Shown in pieces: positions 58,084 through 64,000 of a stretch of 64,000 nucleotides of DNA; within the stretch, counting starts at the first letter, position 1, and each line of letters begins with the position of its first letter. The stretch comes from Scenedesmus sp. PABB004. Its lineage: Eukaryota. Made by a program: the position numbers and the translations under genes. Below the pieces are notes generated by a model that did no database searches, was not told where the DNA came from, and saw only the letters and a list, made by a program, of their open reading frames with translations. The DNA lies in assembly GCA_014905635.1 (NCBI GenBank), contig JABVCE010000007.1, positions 682,001-746,000 on the forward strand, given 5' to 3'.

Positions 58084-59102
58084 TCAAGCGGCGCGGGCGC
58101 TCGCGCGCAGCGCGCGCCGCGCGGGCCAGTTCGGCCGCTTGTCGCCCGGGCCGCGGTGCCCGACCGTGACCACGGGCGCGGACAGCTCGGGGTCGTACTG
58201 GCCGCGGGCAAAGGCCGCGACCTCGCGCCCGGTCGCGAGCGCGGCGGGGCCGTCGCCCTTGCCCCCCATCGCGACAGACGTGCCGCCGCGGTCGGTGAAC
58301 GCGACGCTCTTGCCGCTGCCAAGCGTGGGCGCGCCGCGCCCGGGCGCGTAGGAGTGGCGGTTGTAGGTCGCTGCGGAGGGCCCGTCGGCGAGCGTGTACG
58401 CGGTGCCGCTGCCCGCGACGGCGCGGGCGCCGAGGTAGGTCATGGCGATCGCCTGCGTGCCGTAGACTTGACTGTTCTCACCGTGGTTGCTGCCTGCGGC
58501 GCGCGGCGCGCGGCGGGCGTGCAGAAGGCTCGGCGCGCAGAGAGGGCTGGGCGCGCAGGCTGGGCGCGCGGGCTGGACGCGCGGGCAGGGTGCGCCTGCC
58601 GCGCGCGGGGCCAGACGCGCCTGAGCCCGTCTGACCGCCGTCGGCCCAGCCGTACGAAAACGGCCCCGGCAGGCGGTCACTCGCGACGACCAGCTTGCCT
58701 GCGAAGCGCCACGGCGGCGGTCGGCGGCTGCTGCGCTGAGCCCGCCCTAGTGCCCGGCCGCGCGCCGCGCCTTGCGCGAAGTAGACGCCGCTGGCCTTGC
58801 TCGCCGTGGAGGCCTCGGCTTGGCCTTGGTCGACGAAGGAAATGGTGTTGCCGACGGGGTGACTCTTGCGGCTGGCGTAGGCGCGCGGCGACTCCTGGGC
58901 CAGCGCCCGGGCTGGACCCGTGCGGGCTGCAGCCCAGCCGGCCGCCTCGTCCGCGCGCAGCCACGCCCCTGCGGCTGCGGGCGCGGCGTGCCGGCGCTGA
59001 GCGGCAGGCGGCATGGCGCTGACGCCGGCGCCACCGCCACCACAGCCTCTCACCGTCGCAGCGCACGAGGAGGAGCAGCAGCGCCGAGACGAGCGCGAGC
59101 AT
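58084..59102 (-). CDS. Unknown secreted protein, diverged copy 3
   Basis: MLALVSALLLLLVRCD|ARALAQESPRAYASRKSHPVGNTISFVDQG...; same intron positions, including the GC donor; last exon almost identical to copies 1 and 2. Confidence 0.7.
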
Positions 59103-59648
59103 TGTCGGCAGTTTCGCTTTTTGCGCTCAAAGAGTGGACCGGCCTGTTTCTGCTTCCGGCGCGCTCGCTGCACGCGGCGCACGGTGCAATCGGTCTGGGC
59201 TGGAGCGCGCCCGGATTCAGGCGTCAGCTTGGGCGCGAGAAGGTGGCCGGGTGGCGCCGCCGGGCCGCGCAAGTTTAAAAGAGTGGCGTAGGGCTCGGTG
59301 ATCGCGCCTTTGCCGCAACGGGCCCGCCGGGCGCTCCACAGGCACATTAAAGAGCGCCTGGTGCAATTGCTGCGATTGCGCCGCCACCCCCGAGCGGCGG
59401 CAGCCGGGGCACGGCGGCGGTTGGGCGTCGCGCGGCGGCCCGCGCAGGCTGGGACCCCGCTGCTGCCTCCGCCATCGCGCCGGCACACCGCAGCCGCGAC
59501 AGCCGCCAGCCGCTCGCGCGGGCACCTCTGCAACAGCAGCAGACGCCAGGCCTCGCCGCTCCTCCCGGCCCGCGCCCCGCGGCCGCCCGCGGGCCCTCCA
59601 GCGCCCTCGCCGCGGCGAGGACGCGCCGACTCGCTGCGGCAGCGGGCC

Positions 59649-61576
59649 ATGGACTGGCTGCGCGGCCTGCTGGGCGGGGCGGCAGGCGAGCGCGCGCCGC
59701 TGCTGCCCCCCGCCGCCGCGCGGGAGGCGAGCTTCGCGGACCTCCTGATTCGGGACGCCCATCAGTCCCCCATCGACACGGCCGTCGTCAAGTCGGGCGG
59801 CGCCGCCGCTGTGCAGCGCGGCGTGGCGGTCGAGGTCGCCGCGACGGCCGCAGGCGGTGGCGGGGACGAGGTGCGCCTGCTGCTCATCCCGGCCGCCCCC
59901 AAGCAGCAGCAGACGCCGCCGGCAAAGGCAACGCAGGGCCAGCAGCAGCAGCTGCAGCCGCAGCACGCGCCGGCGCCAGGCGGCGCGGTCGGCAAGGCCG
60001 GCGGCGCGGCGGGCAAGTCCGGCGGCGGCGCGGCGGCGCGCATCCGCGCCGCCGCGTACGGCGTGACCAACCTCTCCAGCGTCGTGGCGATAGTCTTTGC
60101 CAACAAGCTCGTGCTCTTCACGCACGGCTTCCACTTTGCCGCGACGCTCACGTGGTGCGCCCGCGCGGCCGCGCGGCGCGCACAGCAGGCGGCAGCTGGC
60201 GCGCGCAGCGGGCGCCCGCAGCAGGCGCCCGCCGCGCCCCGCCGCGCCCGCGCCCCGCGCCGCCGCGCCAGACGCTGCCCGCGCCGCCGCCCGCCCGCAC
60301 CCGGCGCGCCGCAGGCTGCACTGCATCTTCACTGCGGCCGGCATGGTCGGCATGGCCGCGGCGGGCATCTTTGAGGTGCGGCGGCGGCGGCGGCGGCGGC
60401 AGCCGCGCCAGCACTGCCCTTGTTCGGGGTGCGCCGGGGCGGCCGCGCCGCCGCGCCGCCGCCGCGTGACGCGCTGCGCCCGCCGGCGCAGGTGCGGCGC
60501 GTGCCGCTCGCGCGCTCGCTGCCTGTCGCGACCGTCTACGTCGGCACCATCGTGCTCAACAACCTCTCCATCCAGGCGCGCCAGGGCCGACCCCGCACCC
60601 GGGGGCGCCGCCGCTGGCGCAGCCGCCCCGCGCGCCACCCCGCGCGCCGCCCCCACCCTCCCACCCTCGCCCCGCCTCACCCTGCCTCACCCCTCTTCGC
60701 CCTCCTGACTGGCCCCGCCTGCCGCCTGCCCTCGCCGCGTGCGCGCCAGCTCAACACGGTGGGGTTTTACCAGATCAGCAAGATTGCCATCACGCCCGTC
60801 ATTGTCGCAATCGAGTGGGCCGCGTACGCCAAGCCCGCGAGCGGGCGCGTGCTCGCGTCGATCGCGGTGCTGCTCGCCGGCATCGCCGCCGCGACCGTGA
60901 GCGACGCGCAGGTCGCGGCGGCGCCGCTCGGGCTCGCCGTCGCGGGCGCCAACGTCGTCGTGACGGGGCTGTACCAGGTCTGGGCGGGCACGAAGCAGCG
61001 CGAGCTCGGGCTGAACGGCCTGCAGCTGCTGCACCAGGTCTCGCCGCTCTCGGTCGTGCTGCTCGCGTGCCTGATCCCGCTGCTCGAGCCGGTCGGCTGG
61101 CGCGGCGCCGGCCCCGGCACGATCCTGGGGTACCACCTCACGCCGCCCGCGGCGTTCTGGATCGTCGTCAGCAGCGCGCTCGGCCTCGTCGTAACACTTT
61201 CCACTTTCCTCTTTATCGGTGCGGCGACGCGGGAGGCAGGGGGGAGGCAGGGGGGAGGCGGGGGCGCGGCGGCGCCCGCGCCGGCGCCAGGCGGCGGGCG
61301 GCGCGTCGCCGGCGGCGGCGCCTGATGCCAGCCCTGACGCGCGCCCGCGCCGCGCGGCACGTGCCGCGCGACACCTGTACAGGCGCGACGAGCAGCCTCA
61401 CCTACAACGTGGTGGGGCACCTCAAGACGGTGCTCATCGTCGGCGGCGGCGTGGTGGTGTTTGGCGACAGCATGGGCCTCAAGAAGCTCGCCGGCCTCGC
61501 CTGCGCGATGGCCGGCATCGTCTGGTACAGCCACATCAAGCTCGGCGAGGCCGCCAAGGCCGAGGGCAAGACCTGA
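59649..61576 (+). CDS. Nucleotide-sugar transporter (TPT/SLC35E, UXT/URGT-like)
   Basis: NLSSVVAIVFANK; NNLSIQ|LNTVGFYQISKI; LYQVWAGTKQREL; G|ATSSLTYNVVGHLKT. Confidence 0.92.
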
Positions 61577-61600
61577 GCGTCGGCGGCGGGGCGCTGGCGC

Positions 61601-61605
61601 TGTAA
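61601..61605 (+). terminator. TGTAA polyadenylation signal of the nucleotide-sugar transporter gene
   Basis: TGTAA about 25 nt after the stop codon; canonical chlorophyte signal. Confidence 0.55.
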
Positions 61606-61878
61606 AAAGTTGATCGCCGCCGCCGCAGCGCTCGGCGCCGCGCGGGCAGCGCCGCGAGCTCGCGCGGGCTGCACGTGTGAGCTCGAGCGGGCTCGGGGGC
61701 GGCGCGAGGGCAGCTGGGCGGGCCCTGGGTGCGGATTCGCGCGCTCGAGGCAGCCCTCGCCCTTCGCTGCGCGTCAGCCGCGGCAAGAGACCCGCTAGCG
61801 CTCTAGAACCATTGCTTGGCGAGCCCTACACGCCACCGACGGCCGCAGCGCGTCGCTGCACGCCCCGCGCGGGCCGCG

Positions 61879-64000
61879 ATGGCGCCCCCGCTGCTGCGCC
61901 CGCGCAGGCGGGCGCCGCTGGGCCTGCGGCCGCTGCTGGCGTTGCTGGCGCTGGCGGGGCTGCTGTGGAGCGCGTCGCGACTGCTGCGGGTGCACGAGGC
62001 GATCACCGCGCTCGCCGAGCGCGGCAGCGCCGCGCGGTCGCGGCTGCCCGCGCCGCTGCCGGCGCACCGCCTGCTGCTGGCGACGCACACGCGGCTTGCC
62101 TGGTACGTGCCGTCCACCGGCGAGCTGCGGGTGCTGCACGAGGGGCAGGTGCGCGCGCGCCGAGCGCGGCCGGACGCGCGCCAGCGCACGCGCGAGTTCG
62201 CACGTGCGCCGCGCCGGCGCCCACCCGGCAGGGCGTGCACTACGGCATGTTCCCCGGCGAGCCGGCGCCCGGGCACGCCTCCACGGTCTGGGTCGCCGTC
62301 CGGCCGCACAACTGGCGCCCCCGCGCGGCGGCGGAGCACCTGCTGCTGCTCGACGCCGCCACGGGCGAGGAGCTGTGCCGCGTGCGCGTGCCCGCGCGCT
62401 TCACGCACGACGCGGTGCGCGTCGGTGACCACGCCTTTGTCGTCTCCACCGGCGACGGCGCGATCCTGCAGCTCAGCTGGCCAGACCTGCGCCTGGTGCG
62501 CGCACGCGCCGCCGAGGCTCCCCGGGCAGCGCTGCTCGGCGGCAACGCAGTGCACCACCGCTCAGGGCACCGCCGCCGCCGCCGCCGCGCCAGGTGCGCG
62601 CGGTGCGGCTGTTCAGCGCGAGCGACCACCCCAACACCCTCGCCGCCGCGCCGCCGGAGCGGGCGCCCGGTGCCAACGGCACCGCCGCGCCGGCCGGCAC
62701 GCACCTCTGGGTGCTGCTGCACAACCTGGGCGCGGTGCGCGGCCGGGCCGGGGCTTGCCAACCGTGCGTTGGCCGCCGAACGCCGACCGTTGACTGCCTG
62801 CCTGCTTGCGGGCGCGCGCAGAGCGACGTGGTCAAGGTCTTCGTCCCCACCGACCCTGGCGCGTCGGCGCGCGAGGTCTCGCGCCTGCGCGCCGTGGGCA
62901 CCAAGGCGCACGGCCTCGTCTCCTGGTCCCGCCGCGGCGGCGGGCCGCTGCTGCTCCTGCTGGACAGCGCCGGCGGCGCCCTGGTCAGCCTCGACCCCGC
63001 GACCGGCGACGAGGTGGAGCTGTGGCGGGTGCGCGCGCCGGCCCGCCGCCGCGCCGCCGCGCACCTGCTTCCACCACCGGCGGGGGCACCCACGCGCCGC
63101 GCCTGGCACGCCGCCGCTGGTGGCTGCCGCTGGGGCAGGTGCCCGAGGGCGAGGACCGCTTCCTGAAGGGGCTGGCCGTGCTGGACGACGTGGCCTACTT
63201 TGGCGTCACGACCTGGAGCCACAGGCGCGCGCACAGCGGGCGCAGCAGCTGCGGGAGGCCCTGACAGGGCCGCCCGTCGTGCGCCGCCCGCCCACGGCCA
63301 GCTGTGCGCGCGCGGCGCGGCGCGGCAGGTCGGCGCGCGACGACCCCGCTGCGCACGGCGAGCTGGCCGCGTTTGACCTGTCCGCCGGCAAGCTCCTCTG
63401 GCGCCGCAAGGTGCGCGCGGGCCGGCGGCTGACTGGCCGGCCTGGAGCTGGGCGGGCAGCACAGCACAGCAGGCCCGCTGCCGCGCCGGCCCGCGCAGGT
63501 GGCCACGGCGGGGCTGCTGAACATCATCGGCGCGCCCCACCTCGCGCCCGACAGCACGCACGTCGCGACGTACAGCGGCGCCCCGCTTCCCCCGCCGCGC
63601 GGCGCGGGGCCGTCGCTCGTGCTGCCCGGCTCGCGCGCGCTCGTGGCGAGCGTCGTCGCGGGGCTGGCTGCGGCGGGGCACGCGCCGCGCGCGCTCGGGC
63701 CCAACAGCTACTGGAGCAGCGGCTGGCCGCGCCTGGACATCGCGGCCAAGCTCACCGACGCCCCCGAGGCGGCGGGGCTGCAGCTGCCGCTGTTCGCCGC
63801 CAACGTCGGCGCCCTGCGCGCCGCGCTGGCCGCGCTGCCGCCGGGCGCGTGGGGCGCGGCGGAGCAGGCGGCCAGCAACGCGCGCATGACCGGGCGCGCC
63901 GCGTTTATGGACCGGTTCAAGCCAGGCGCGTGGGTCGCGGCCTGCACCCCCGCGGCGCAGGGCTCCTCCGCGCCGCGGCGCCCCGGCCCGCGCCGCCGCG
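61879..64000 (+). CDS. Type II membrane protein with a beta-propeller-like region, possibly followed by an Asp/Asn beta-hydroxylase-like domain (3' end outside window)
   Basis: N-terminal TM helix; short beta-strand repeats (FTHDAVR, HPNTL, KAHGLV, FLKGLAVLDDVAYFGV); spliced frame open to the window end. The downstream domain is recalled family architecture only. Confidence 0.6.

Noticed and set aside
1..64000. Possible glycosylation gene cluster (GLG1, MPDU1, sulfotransferase, IPCS-like, nucleotide-sugar transporter)
   Set aside because: The genes are interspersed with unrelated housekeeping genes, and secretory-pathway genes are common enough for this to be chance.

Overview
This is very GC-rich, intron-dense eukaryotic nuclear DNA. 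TGTAA poly(A) signals, TTTAGGG-like repeats and SBP and plant-type CCCH genes point to a chlorophyte green alga, probably Sphaeropleales (an inference). Most long ORFs in the supplied track are GC-driven shadows, so I assembled spliced gene models by hand. About 21 protein genes are supported: partial GLG1, a PAN-domain protein, MPDU1, a tandem-CCCH protein, an unknown GSFT/GTGVF-motif protein, an SBP protein with an extra HxD...H domain, an HMG-box protein, an RCC1-sulfotransferase fusion, an SMS/IPCS-like protein, an ApaH-like phosphoesterase, NOB1, enoyl-CoA reductase, a COG0523 GTPase, an SSS transporter, an orphan secreted protein, an SLC22/OCT transporter, a START-fold protein, SPT5, three copies of a small secreted protein, a nucleotide-sugar transporter and a partial propeller protein. 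The accessory region at about 50.8-59.2 kb holds three linked structures. The first is a 5'-truncated L1-type LINE with an exact 11-bp TSD, inserted into a telomere-like patch just downstream of tRNA-Leu(CAA). The second is a tandem triplication of an unrecognised secreted-protein gene. The third is a 676-bp hAT MITE (20-bp TIRs, 8-bp TSD) upstream of the middle copy. GC-AG introns and degenerate telomere repeats inside introns recur across the window. Exon boundaries are manual and approximate.
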